A DNA stretch of 64,000 nt from Promethearchaeota archaeon (lineage in GTDB: Archaea > Asgardarchaeota > Lokiarchaeia > Sigyniarchaeales > SOKP01): NCBI GenBank assembly GCA_030603385.1, contig JAUVXW010000014.1:1-64000 (forward strand), read 5' to 3'. The position numbers and the translations under genes were made by a program. The notes beneath the pieces were generated by a model. That model worked only from the letters and a program-made list of their open reading frames with translations. It searched no databases and was not told the origin of the DNA. Below, in pieces: positions 38,081 through 48,045 of the stretch. The first letter of the stretch is position 1, and the number at the start of each line of letters is the position of its first letter.

Positions 38081-39373
38081 ATGAGTCAAAAACAACCTAC
38101 TTGGTATGAACAACAAATGATTAAGGATATGATGGGTTTATTTGGTGGTAAAGCTATTAGAGGTATAACAAGTTCATTCAGATCACCGAAATTGTATATC
38201 GGTAAAACTGGTATTCTTTCAATGGCAGGAGATCTAGAAGCTTTTATTGATAAGGAAAATAGAAGAGCTCTAATCATAACAGACTCTTTTACCAAAAAAT
38301 TTGCATCTAAAGTCACTGAAAGCCTTGAATATTGTGAAGTAGATTATAGAATTTATTCTAATATAGAACCAGAAGTCCCTTTAATAAACATTGAAGATGG
38401 AGTCAAAATTTGCGAAGAATTTAAACCTACAGCCATAATAGCAATCGGTGGAGGGAGTGTTATGGATGCTGCTAAAGTAATTATGCTTAAATATGAAAAA
38501 CCTGAAACTAATCTTTATATGCTTTTGCCTCTCGGTAGTCCTTTAGGATTACGCAAGAAAATTAGATATCTAATAGCAATTCCTACTACTTCAGGAACAG
38601 GATCGGAAGTTACTAATGCCGCTGTTTTAACAGATACAAATAGAACACCTTATAAAAAATTTGAAATTACATGGCCTGAATTAGTTCCAGATATAGCTAT
38701 TTTAGATACTGACTTTGTAGAAGATATGCCTCCCTTCTTAACAAAAGGAACTGGATTAGATGCTCTTGCTCATGCTGTTGGAAGTTATGTTTCAAATTGG
38801 GGAACTCCACTTATTGATGCTCTTAATTTAACCGCTATAAGAGAAACTGTAAAATACCTTCCGCGAGCCTATAAATATGGAAAAGGCGATATAGAAGCTA
38901 GAAGTCATATGCAGATGGCTGCAACATTAGCAGGACTTGGCTTTGGAAATAGTTTACCCGGAATAGACCATTCTTTGGGTCATAGTTTTGGAAAAATATT
39001 CAATGTCCATCATGGCCTTGCTGTAGGTCTGTTTCTACCATATTCATTAGGATTTCAAGCAAAAGTTACTGATAGATGGAAAGACTTATGTCCAATTTTT
39101 GGTGTAGAACCTGGAAATAAGGATAGGGATACATTGTTTAAAGATTTTTTAGGGGCACTTAACGATTTCATCCATTCTATAGATGGTCCCACGTGTGTAA
39201 AAGATCTGAATGAACCTACAATTAATAAAGATGAATATATGAATAAAATTGTGCTTTTAGCAGAATACGCTGAAGATGATGCAGTAAGTCTTCTCTCTTA
39301 CCGACCTATGACCGTAAGTCTTTATAAAAAGATTTTTGAGTATGCTTGGGATGGAAAAAATATAGATTTTTAA
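38081..39373 (+). CDS. Iron-containing alcohol dehydrogenase
   Basis: GGGSVMDAAK, IPTTSGTGSEVT, GLDALAHA, HSLGH, HG; start moved to ATG 38081. Confidence 0.92.
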   Translation: MSQKQPTWYEQQMIKDMMGLFGGKAIRGITSSFRSPKLYIGKTGILSMAGDLEAFIDKENRRALIITDSFTKKFASKVTESLEYCEVDYRIYSNIEPEVPLINIEDGVKICEEFKPTAIIAIGGGSVMDAAKVIMLKYEKPETNLYMLLPLGSPLGLRKKIRYLIAIPTTSGTGSEVTNAAVLTDTNRTPYKKFEITWPELVPDIAILDTDFVEDMPPFLTKGTGLDALAHAVGSYVSNWGTPLIDALNLTAIRETVKYLPRAYKYGKGDIEARSHMQMAATLAGLGFGNSLPGIDHSLGHSFGKIFNVHHGLAVGLFLPYSLGFQAKVTDRWKDLCPIFGVEPGNKDRDTLFKDFLGALNDFIHSIDGPTCVKDLNEPTINKDEYMNKIVLLAEYAEDDAVSLLSYRPMTVSLYKKIFEYAWDGKNIDF

Positions 39374-39395
39374 TTATTTAAAAAGAGGGAAGTAA

Positions 39396-41276
39396 ATGAG
39401 CGAAAAGTTAATTGGTTATAATGGAAAAATTGCTTTTATCGATTTAAATAATAAAAGCTGGGAAACTAAAGATTTAAATCCCCAAATTGCAAGAGAATAC
39501 TTAGGAGGAACTGGATTAAGCGCAAAATTGACATATGATTTACTATCAGAAGCAGATTATAAAACTTTAAAAGAAGATCCATTAAATGAGATTAATCCTT
39601 TAATTTTTGCTACTGGACCGGTAACAGGTACAATAAGACCATCCTCTGGTAGATATACAGTGACAGCGATATCCCCACTTACAAAAATATGGGGGGAAAG
39701 TTCTTCCGGGGGTTATTTCTGTATATCTCTACGAAATAGTGGTTTTGATGCAATAGTTATTACTGGCAAATCTAATACGCCAATATATTTATATATTCAT
39801 GATAAAACTATTGAGTTTAAAGATGCAAGTAAATATTGGGGGAAAGATACTTATGAGACACAAACACTCATAAAGGAAGAGTTAAATAAAGAAAGAGTAA
39901 GAGTAGTAACAATTGGATTAGCGGCTGAGAATTTGGTAAAATACGCTGGAATGATAAATGATGAAGGTAGAGCGATTGGAAGATGTGGATTAGGTTCAGT
40001 TATGGCATCAAAAAATGTAAAAGCTTTAGCGGTTATCGGAAGCGGTAGAGTCCAAATAGCTGATAATAAAATCGGTAAAGAAATGATTAAAGAGGCTAAA
40101 GAAGCAGCAAAAGGAGATGCAATTGGGAGTTTAGGATCCTTTTTGTTTACTTTATATGGGACAAATGGTTATCTTGATATAGGAATGGCTCTTGGTGATA
40201 CTCCTGCATATTATTTTACAGAAACCGAATTTTTAGCTGAAAAGTTAACAGGAAAAACATTAAGAGAGGAATACCCCGTATTAGATTATGGATGTGCTGG
40301 TTGTACAATAAAATGTGGGAAACAAACTATTATAGAAGATAATGGTACAGAAATTAGGGTAGATGGACCAGAATATGAATCAGTTGCTGCATTCGGTCCT
40401 TTATGCGGTGTATTTGAATCTAAAAGTGTAATTTTAGCTCATCATTTATGCAATGTTTATGGAATGGATACAATTTCATGCGGCGTAAGCATTGCTTTCT
40501 TAATATATTTGGTTGAGAACAAACTTGGTACTGAAAAAATAAAACAGTCACTAAATAAGATTAACCTTGAGGAAATTCATTGGGGGAATGGAAAACTACT
40601 TTTAGATTTAATCGAACTGATTTCAAAAAGAGAAAGTGTCGGCAATATTTTGGCTGAAGGTGTGCAATCGATGGCGAAGGAATTTGGAGTAGACCCAGAA
40701 TTAGCTGCTCATGTTAAAGGGTTAGAAATTCCTATGCATGATCCTCGAGCCTTTGCCGGACAAGCTTTAAGTTATGTAACATGTTGCGTAGGTGCCAATC
40801 ATGAAAAATGTGACTGGTTTAACGTAGAAATGGGATCCATCAATTATTCTAGATTAAGAATTAAGTCAGGAGAACGGGCTTCCATTAAAAGAAGAGAGAA
40901 AGGAGTTATGGCATTGCAAGATATAAGGGCTATTGATGATTCTGCTGTAAATTGTAATTTTAAAAATCCTAGTCTCGAGCATTTTATAGGACATATTAAT
41001 GCAGCAACAGGTTTTAATTATGATAGGAAATCGCTCGTATCCGTTGGTGAAAGAATCAATACTCTAAAAAGGGTTATAAACTGTAATTTAGGAATAACTA
41101 GAGCTGACGATAGATTACCTAATCATGTTCTTAAAGTTCTAAAATCAGGAAAAACTAGTGATGTGAAAATCGATATAGATCAAAACTTAAAAGAATATTA
41201 CAAACTTAGAGGTTGGGATTGGGAAACTGGTCGCCCCACAGATGAGAAATTAAGGGATTTAAATATAGTTAACTAA
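39396..41276 (+). CDS. aor: Second tungsten aldehyde:ferredoxin oxidoreductase family protein
   Basis: SPLT, GRCGLGSVMASKNVKA, CAGCTIKC, GPEYE, GMDTISCG, HDPR, YY.LRGWD. Confidence 0.92.
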   Translation: MSEKLIGYNGKIAFIDLNNKSWETKDLNPQIAREYLGGTGLSAKLTYDLLSEADYKTLKEDPLNEINPLIFATGPVTGTIRPSSGRYTVTAISPLTKIWGESSSGGYFCISLRNSGFDAIVITGKSNTPIYLYIHDKTIEFKDASKYWGKDTYETQTLIKEELNKERVRVVTIGLAAENLVKYAGMINDEGRAIGRCGLGSVMASKNVKALAVIGSGRVQIADNKIGKEMIKEAKEAAKGDAIGSLGSFLFTLYGTNGYLDIGMALGDTPAYYFTETEFLAEKLTGKTLREEYPVLDYGCAGCTIKCGKQTIIEDNGTEIRVDGPEYESVAAFGPLCGVFESKSVILAHHLCNVYGMDTISCGVSIAFLIYLVENKLGTEKIKQSLNKINLEEIHWGNGKLLLDLIELISKRESVGNILAEGVQSMAKEFGVDPELAAHVKGLEIPMHDPRAFAGQALSYVTCCVGANHEKCDWFNVEMGSINYSRLRIKSGERASIKRREKGVMALQDIRAIDDSAVNCNFKNPSLEHFIGHINAATGFNYDRKSLVSVGERINTLKRVINCNLGITRADDRLPNHVLKVLKSGKTSDVKIDIDQNLKEYYKLRGWDWETGRPTDEKLRDLNIVN

Positions 41277-41300
41277 CTTTCTTTTATTTTTTTTTATTAT

Positions 41301-42416
41301 TTAAAACTTCTTTAAAGCCATTTCAATTTCTTCTTTAACAAGATCTTTACTCTTGGGTTTAAACCCCTCTAAGGCACTTTTGGCAACCTTTCCACCGATT
41401 CGTCCTAAAGCCCATACGATCATTCCTTTTACACGTTCATCTTGATTTTCTTTAAAACCTCGAATTAATTCTGGAATATATTTAGGATCAAGTGTATTTC
41501 CCATTGCTCTTGCTGCGTTCATTTTCCACCGCCATGTCTCATTATAAGACATATAGAACATATGAGACCAAATCCTTGTTTGATAATATTTTTTATCCAT
41601 ATGAAGCAGTTTTATCAAGGCAAAATCTTTTTCTTTTGCAACTACTCTTTTATTAAGGGGTAAATCTTGAGATAACCATGGTCTATTACGAGGACAAACT
41701 TCTTGACATCGATCACAACCATAAACCCAAGTACTCATCTGCTCGCGGATCTCTAATGGTGTTATTCCTTCTTGATAATAACTAAGATAAGAAATACATT
41801 TTCGAGGATCGATTTTATTTGGTGCACTAAGAGCGCCAGTAGGGCAAGAGGCAATACAAGTATTTTTACACCATTTAGGACACCCGATTTCTATTGTAGG
41901 TTCATCAGGCTCGAATTCATAATCAACTATTAAGGGTATAGGAGATATCCAAGAACTTTTTCTTGCAATTCTATTTGAATAGAGAAAATTATTCTTTCCA
42001 AAAGTCCCCACTCCCGCTCTAGCTGCTGTTAATCGATGTGGAATATTAAATGGTGCTCTAGAATCAATTCCATTATCTCGTAAATAGCTTCTAAATGCTT
42101 TAAGCCGTTGATATAATTGACCTTTTGTCATACGATCATCATCCAAATATGCACGACCAAAATAACCCTCTAAACCAGAAGGAAATCCTTCTTTGAAATA
42201 GACATCAATTAAAACAATAATAGATTTACCATCATGCAATATGTTTTTAGGATCTAGACCTTTTATGAGTGCAATACCTGCTTTTAAAGCCCATGCATAT
42301 TCTTCTTTTCTAGAATCCAAAATCTCTTTTTGAGATTCAAAAGGTTCCATAGTTGTAAACCCAATATCTTCAAAGCCTAATTCTAACGCTTTTTTGACTA
42401 CTTCGCTTTTCTCCAT
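41301..42416 (-). CDS. Epoxyqueuosine reductase QueG-like protein with C-terminal HEAT repeats
   Basis: AARAGVG.FGKN, C..C...CIASCPTGAL, D...CISYL, YGCDRCQEVCP.N, NAARAMGN, WALGRIG. Confidence 0.8.
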   Translation of the reverse strand: MEKSEVVKKALELGFEDIGFTTMEPFESQKEILDSRKEEYAWALKAGIALIKGLDPKNILHDGKSIIVLIDVYFKEGFPSGLEGYFGRAYLDDDRMTKGQLYQRLKAFRSYLRDNGIDSRAPFNIPHRLTAARAGVGTFGKNNFLYSNRIARKSSWISPIPLIVDYEFEPDEPTIEIGCPKWCKNTCIASCPTGALSAPNKIDPRKCISYLSYYQEGITPLEIREQMSTWVYGCDRCQEVCPRNRPWLSQDLPLNKRVVAKEKDFALIKLLHMDKKYYQTRIWSHMFYMSYNETWRWKMNAARAMGNTLDPKYIPELIRGFKENQDERVKGMIVWALGRIGGKVAKSALEGFKPKSKDLVKEEIEMALKKF

Positions 42417-42516
42417 AATTTACCATTTAAAGTCTAATTATGATATAATATGATATCTTAGAATCTAAAATCATTTTATAAGTTAAGCCCTTCTAAATAT
42501 AATCTATAAGTAGATC

Positions 42517-43623
42517 TTAGCTTTCAATTTGAATAACTAATTCTTCTTTATATCCTATTATTACTTTCGCAAACCCTTTAAGCTCATTATCAAATTCACT
42601 ATCTCCAGTATCTACTCTTAAACAATGAAGATTTCTCATTTTATCTTCAGTTGCAATAATTTTTATGTTCTTTTTCCCTATTTTTTTAATAACTTTTGGA
42701 GTAAATTGTTTATTACCGCGTCCAAAAATAAATCCTTGTCCTCCTATCGGAGAAATTATAAGCTCAGCCTTATCGAACTCTCCTAACAATTCAAAGATAC
42801 TTTTTTCATTCAAATCTTTCCCTACGATCTTTCTATTGTCAATTGCATCTATACCAAGAAGAGTTTTAGGCAACCCTAAATTGTCTGTTATTGTTTTTAC
42901 AGTAGTACCCGGTCCTAATAAATAGAGTGTATCTTTCTTCATATCTTCAATTACAAATTGAGCAATTTCATGTTTATTTTCTTCAATAGTCCTTCCGAAT
43001 TTTGAACCAATTTTCCCTGCTTGTACTAAATTTCTGATTTTAAGAACTTTTAAATAGCCATACAGAGTCGATTTTAACATATCTTTTCTTACAAGCTTCT
43101 CGTCAATATCTAAGACTTCTCTATCTTCATTTTCAATAACATCCTCTAAAAATCCGTCAATTATTTGAGCTGCTGCTATAGGATTAATCGAAAATACAGA
43201 ACTGAACATTTTAACTCCTCCAGGTACAGCAACTACTGGTTTTTCTAATCCAATTGCATCATAAATATCTCTTGCGGTTCCATCCCCGCCACAAAAAATC
43301 AAAAGTTCAATCCCTCTTTTAAGCATCTGTTTTGCTATTTTTTTTGTATCCTCAGCTGATGTAATTTCACCAATTTTACCTATTACTTCAAATTCGATGC
43401 CCTTACCTTTAATAACATCCGCACCCATCTTACCAGGTGCAACTAACATAAATATCTTTTCTTTGTGCTTTATATGGGATAGTAACTCACTTACTCTTTT
43501 TGGAGTTATAGCTTTAGCCCCCATTTTTAATGCTTTCTGATATATGTCTCCATCTGTCCCTTTAAGACCGACACTACCTCCCATCCCGGCAATTGGATTT
43601 ATTATAAGCCCGATTTTCTTCAT
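42517..43623 (-). CDS. ATP-NAD kinase family protein
   Basis: NPIAGMGGSVGLKGTDG, GGDGTARD, GVKMFS, GGQGFIFGRGNKQ, VDTGD. Confidence 0.9.
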   Translation of the reverse strand: MKKIGLIINPIAGMGGSVGLKGTDGDIYQKALKMGAKAITPKRVSELLSHIKHKEKIFMLVAPGKMGADVIKGKGIEFEVIGKIGEITSAEDTKKIAKQMLKRGIELLIFCGGDGTARDIYDAIGLEKPVVAVPGGVKMFSSVFSINPIAAAQIIDGFLEDVIENEDREVLDIDEKLVRKDMLKSTLYGYLKVLKIRNLVQAGKIGSKFGRTIEENKHEIAQFVIEDMKKDTLYLLGPGTTVKTITDNLGLPKTLLGIDAIDNRKIVGKDLNEKSIFELLGEFDKAELIISPIGGQGFIFGRGNKQFTPKVIKKIGKKNIKIIATEDKMRNLHCLRVDTGDSEFDNELKGFAKVIIGYKEELVIQIES

Positions 43624-43684
43624 GACTGTAGAATTTTTAAAAGATTTATTGGTTTAAAATTTTATTTTTTGACTGATTAGATTA

Positions 43685-44536
43685 TTATATTTTTCCTAAT
43701 CTTTTTCTTGCCTTCTTATAACTTTTATCTGACCAATATCTAATGATTTTAGGAAAATGACGATTTAATTTCCAGATGAATTTAGCCTCACCGGGTAAAA
43801 TGTTAAACTTATTTCTTAAAATACCATGTATAAAGACTTCAGCAACATTTTCAGGTGTTTCAAGTCCTCCTCTTGCTTCCATTATTCGACATTCTTCAGG
43901 TTTTGTCTTGTTTTCTATTTCAAATCCAGGAGTATCCATAGAAGGAGGATAAAGAATTGATACATTAATTCTGTAAGGTTTTAACTCATTTCGAAGCGTT
44001 TCCGATAAACCTACTACTGCGTATTTAGATGGAACATAAGTTGTAAAGCCCATTAAGCCCATATACCCTAATATGGAAGAAACATTTACAATGTGTCCCT
44101 TTTTTTCCTTCATAAAGTAGGGTAATAGAATTAGAATTGGAACTAACTGCCCATAATAATTCACTTCCATGTTCTTTTTAAAATCACCGAGAGAACATTT
44201 TTCAATATAATTGGCATACGCATACCCAACACAGTTTAATAAATAATCAGGAATTCCATATTTCTCTATAAATTCAGTTAAAAGTGGTTTTAATTTATCC
44301 ATAATTGTGGTATCACATGCAATGATCTCTATAAATTGGGAATCGCCAAGTTTTAATTCATTAATCTCATTAGCAGCTTCTTTTAAAATTTCTGTCCTCC
44401 TTGCAATAATACATACGCTTCCCCCTAATTCTACAAAATATTTTGCTGATGCTTTTCCTAATCCCTGAGATCCACCAGTGATAATAGCAATTTTGTCTTT
44501 AAATGGTTGCTGTCTAACTAATTTCTCTTTTTTCAT
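43685..44536 (-). CDS. SDR oxidoreductase, 3-ketodihydrosphingosine reductase (KDSR/Tsc10)-like
   Basis: ITGGSQGLG, MEVNYYG, YVPSK, and YPPSMDTPGFEIENKTKPEE matching the KDSR-type P.DTDTPGF..EN.TKP motif. Confidence 0.75.
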   Translation of the reverse strand: MKKEKLVRQQPFKDKIAIITGGSQGLGKASAKYFVELGGSVCIIARRTEILKEAANEINELKLGDSQFIEIIACDTTIMDKLKPLLTEFIEKYGIPDYLLNCVGYAYANYIEKCSLGDFKKNMEVNYYGQLVPILILLPYFMKEKKGHIVNVSSILGYMGLMGFTTYVPSKYAVVGLSETLRNELKPYRINVSILYPPSMDTPGFEIENKTKPEECRIMEARGGLETPENVAEVFIHGILRNKFNILPGEAKFIWKLNRHFPKIIRYWSDKSYKKARKRLGKI

Positions 44537-44589
44537 ATTATCTCACTTAAATTATTTCAGAATTTTGATAAAAATAATTTCCTCAAATT

Positions 44590-44985
44590 TTATATATTTG
44601 ACCAACCATAAATCATAAAAATAGGTCCAAAAATTATACAAAATAGGTTAACTACTAGATTTAGAATAATTTCAAATTTTTCACCACTATATCCCCCATA
44701 TTGTAGATTGTGAGAAATATCAAGTAAGCCCAAGAAAACCATAGTACTTCCACCTGCAATTGAAAAAAAAACCCCAAATTTTTCGTTCATAATAAGGCCA
44801 ATGGCTCCTAAGATTAAACAAGGCACTGCCCATCCTAAATCTGGTAACGGAAAGGATCTCTCAAATTCAAGATACCCTTCTCGTTGATCAGGTTTTTTAT
44901 TCTCAGCTATAAAAAAGTAGATCCAAAACCCAATAAAACCAACTGCCATAAAAATTTCTAATCCTGCAATCATTAAATCCATCAT
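44590..44985 (-). CDS. Small membrane protein (4 predicted TM helices)
   Basis: Four hydrophobic stretches; FERSFPLPD loop. Confidence 0.7.
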   Translation of the reverse strand: MMDLMIAGLEIFMAVGFIGFWIYFFIAENKKPDQREGYLEFERSFPLPDLGWAVPCLILGAIGLIMNEKFGVFFSIAGGSTMVFLGLLDISHNLQYGGYSGEKFEIILNLVVNLFCIIFGPIFMIYGWSNI

Positions 44986-45032
44986 GATTTATCTCATTTT
45001 GATTTTAAAAGTAAATAATATTCTTAAAAGAT

Positions 45033-45845
45033 TTAAATATCAGACTTTAATGTATTTGGAGCGACACCTACTTCAGCGATACCTCCATCTATAGGAAATG
45101 TATGACCGGTTATAAAATTACTTCTTGGTGAGGCTAAAAAAACCATTAAATCAACAACATCTTCAATAGTCCCTATTCTATTTAATGGTGTTTTTACATT
45201 TCCATCTTTCATGGTCTGAATCATAATATCTTCTCTATTTCCATAAACACCTGTGACATGAAATCCCGGTGCTATCGCGTTTGAGGTAATATAAGGAGCA
45301 AGACTTTTAGCTACTAGCTGTGTTAAAGCTATTATCCCAATTTTACTTATACTATAAACTGGGATTAAGGGATCAACAACTGTCCCTGCAATTGATGAAG
45401 TATGAATAATCTTCCCTCTTAAAGGCTCAAATTTTTGTCGATTCATTTTACGGGACACAAATTTATCTGTTAACCATTGACCTTTAAGATTAACATTCAT
45501 AGTCAAATCCCATGCTTTTTCACCTACTTTTAAAACATCTACACCATAAGCTGCTTCGGTACCTGCGTTATTAAATAAAACATATATATTATCTAGTTCT
45601 GAAAAAGCTTGTTCAGTCATTTTTTTAACTTGCTTAGCCTCTGATACATCGCATAATATGGGGATTACTTTTTGTTTTGTTTCTTTCTCGACATTCTTAC
45701 TTGTTTCATTAAGGAGTTCTTCATTTATATCAACTAAAACTAAGTCCGCCCCTCTTTCGGCAAAGGCATAGGCTACACCCCTACCAAATCCAGATGCGCC
45801 TCCAGTAATGAGGCACCCTTTCCCTTCTAGAAATTTTTCCGTCAC
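45033..45845 (-). CDS. Classical SDR oxidoreductase
   Basis: TGGASGFG, NNAG, YSISK, NAIAPG, ITG....DGG. Confidence 0.92.
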   Translation of the reverse strand: MTEKFLEGKGCLITGGASGFGRGVAYAFAERGADLVLVDINEELLNETSKNVEKETKQKVIPILCDVSEAKQVKKMTEQAFSELDNIYVLFNNAGTEAAYGVDVLKVGEKAWDLTMNVNLKGQWLTDKFVSRKMNRQKFEPLRGKIIHTSSIAGTVVDPLIPVYSISKIGIIALTQLVAKSLAPYITSNAIAPGFHVTGVYGNREDIMIQTMKDGNVKTPLNRIGTIEDVVDLMVFLASPRSNFITGHTFPIDGGIAEVGVAPNTLKSDI

Positions 45846-46013
45846 ATTTCACCATCATTGATATTTGAATTATCTTTTTGTTAATGATATTAATTTTCTT
45901 TCACTCTATTTAAAATTTTAATATAGAACCTTTATAATGATGGAGCTAAAACCAAAACTTTAATTATTAAAACGTAATTAAAAAATAATATAGAAATATC
46001 AAGTGAATCAAAT

Positions 46014-47594
46014 ATGGTTGATAAAGTAGTACCTTATTTAATTAATGTGGGTGAGGTCACTCCCGCACGGAGTCAAGCTGCAGTATTAAATGAATTGGCA
46101 ATGGCTTTAATTGAATGTATAGGAATTTATAGTAAAAATCTTAAAAAATTGGGAAGATTATCAAAAATCTCAACTGCCTTTTGGCCAGTTCGATTAATCC
46201 CTTTATCTGATACTAGAGCGTGTGTAATGAGTTATCTTTATAATAAACAAGAGAAGTTGAATATAGGGAAATTTGCTAAAATGCCCCCAAGACCAGAAGC
46301 GGTTATTAAAGGAGCAGATCCGGTGAGTTTTCTTAATTCTTTACGGCAATTTAATAATACTTACCTTAAAAGATCTAAAAACTTCAAAAGAGGTTTGGTC
46401 ATTCAAGAGGCTCTCTTTAATACCAATGAAATTGGCTATTTTCAGAACTTCTTCCTTAATCAATACAATTTAAGCGCCCACCCTTCTCCGTATTTTCTAC
46501 TCGAAGGGGGTTCGATTTCAAAAAGTGTAAATCAAACTAAAATTGTAAACGACATTCCTGAATATGTAACTCAAAAGGATGTTCATCTTCTTGATACTTT
46601 TGGAGATGCTATTACAAAACTATGTGAAAGATGGATTGAAAAAGGAGGCAAAGATGCTGATAAAATCAGAGATACTAAAGTTGACACAGGTGAAGAAGAA
46701 AAACAATTAGCTATACTTAATAAAGAATTGCAAGCAGAAAAAGAACGAGAAATTGAAAAATCTCCAGAAGAATTGGTAAAAAGTGGTAAATATAAAATCA
46801 ATGACAAAACTGGTGAATTAAATAATAATATCAGCACTCTTAAAGGCAGTGTTGATAGTATGAGGAATGCATTAAATCAAAGAGATCTTTTTTTAACTGA
46901 AGAGGCTTTAAAAGATATTGATTTAAAATATCGAGATTTAGGAAATTCAATTACACGTTATAAAAATGAAATTGCTCAATTAAGGAAAAATGTGCAACGT
47001 GAAATATCTGATCTTGAGAAAACAAAACAACAAAAGTTAAAAGAACTAGAACGCAAAAAAACAGAAGTTGAGAAGCAAATTGAGGCAAAACACTCTGGAT
47101 TAAGTAAAGATTTAAGTTCTGCTGAAGGAGTAGTTGCCCAAATTGCAACGGAAAAGCAATCTTCTTTAAATAATATCGAAAGTGTCAAGGATAAAGAAAT
47201 GACAAATGTTCAAAACTTTTTTAATAACTATACTCTAGAGCTAAAAACACAAAATGTTATAGTTGGAATACCAATATACATCTTTTACTTCCTTGATCCT
47301 AATACAAATAGAACTACTGAAAGAGCGCCGATATTACCAATATTGATAGATAAAGGAAAACCTGTGAAGACAAAAGTTAAAGCAAGTTTTCGGCAAAAAC
47401 TTAGAGATTTAATGAATAAAGATAACGCAATGATAGATTTAGTAGAAACTCAAGGTGATAAAAATAATTTAATGGAGATGAAGAACTTAGATAGTCGATT
47501 AGAAGATTCAATTAATGATCTAAGAATTCGAAAAATCCTAAACAAGAGACAAGCTGAAATGGCAAAAGATGTAATTGCTAACTTAATTTGGTAA
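46014..47594 (+). CDS. Hypothetical protein with a long central coiled coil
   Basis: 526 aa; E/K/Q-rich heptad region at ~aa 225-400 between two globular-looking regions. Confidence 0.75.
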   Translation: MVDKVVPYLINVGEVTPARSQAAVLNELAMALIECIGIYSKNLKKLGRLSKISTAFWPVRLIPLSDTRACVMSYLYNKQEKLNIGKFAKMPPRPEAVIKGADPVSFLNSLRQFNNTYLKRSKNFKRGLVIQEALFNTNEIGYFQNFFLNQYNLSAHPSPYFLLEGGSISKSVNQTKIVNDIPEYVTQKDVHLLDTFGDAITKLCERWIEKGGKDADKIRDTKVDTGEEEKQLAILNKELQAEKEREIEKSPEELVKSGKYKINDKTGELNNNISTLKGSVDSMRNALNQRDLFLTEEALKDIDLKYRDLGNSITRYKNEIAQLRKNVQREISDLEKTKQQKLKELERKKTEVEKQIEAKHSGLSKDLSSAEGVVAQIATEKQSSLNNIESVKDKEMTNVQNFFNNYTLELKTQNVIVGIPIYIFYFLDPNTNRTTERAPILPILIDKGKPVKTKVKASFRQKLRDLMNKDNAMIDLVETQGDKNNLMEMKNLDSRLEDSINDLRIRKILNKRQAEMAKDVIANLIW

Positions 47595-47640
47595 AAAAAT
47601 ATTATTTTTTAAAATCTTTATTTTTATAATTTTCTTGAAT

Positions 47641-47808
47641 TTATGTATATACCATCGTTTTTCCACAACATTCAGGAATAGGTTGATATACACATTCTTC
47701 TGAGCAGCAACATAATAAATATCCATTTTTAAGTATCATAGATTTATCACAGCATTTTGGTACCTCTTGCTCCTTCCCACAAACCGAACAAATTAATTTT
47801 TCTCCCAT
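47641..47808 (-). CDS. Small Cys-rich protein (55 aa, 10 Cys), tandem desulforedoxin-like motifs
   Basis: MGEKLICSVCGKEQEVPKCCDKSMILKNGYLLCCCSEECVYQPIPECCGKTMVYT*; below the ORF-track cutoff; fills an otherwise empty gap. Confidence 0.8.
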   Translation of the reverse strand: MGEKLICSVCGKEQEVPKCCDKSMILKNGYLLCCCSEECVYQPIPECCGKTMVYT

Positions 47809-48045
47809 TCTTAACATCACTTATTCATTAATTTTATCCAAAGATTCCAAAACAATAAACAAACTAAAATAGTACTATTATTATTTATAATCCTCATGCA
47901 AGAACTATTTGTATAAGGAAGGTAAAATTCATTAAAACTTTGTGAATTATAAGAATTATAATTGTAAGACCTTTCCTTTTAAAAATCTTCAAAAATTATG
48001 TTATATATAAATTATTTTAATTATTCTAAACTTGAGGAGTACAAA

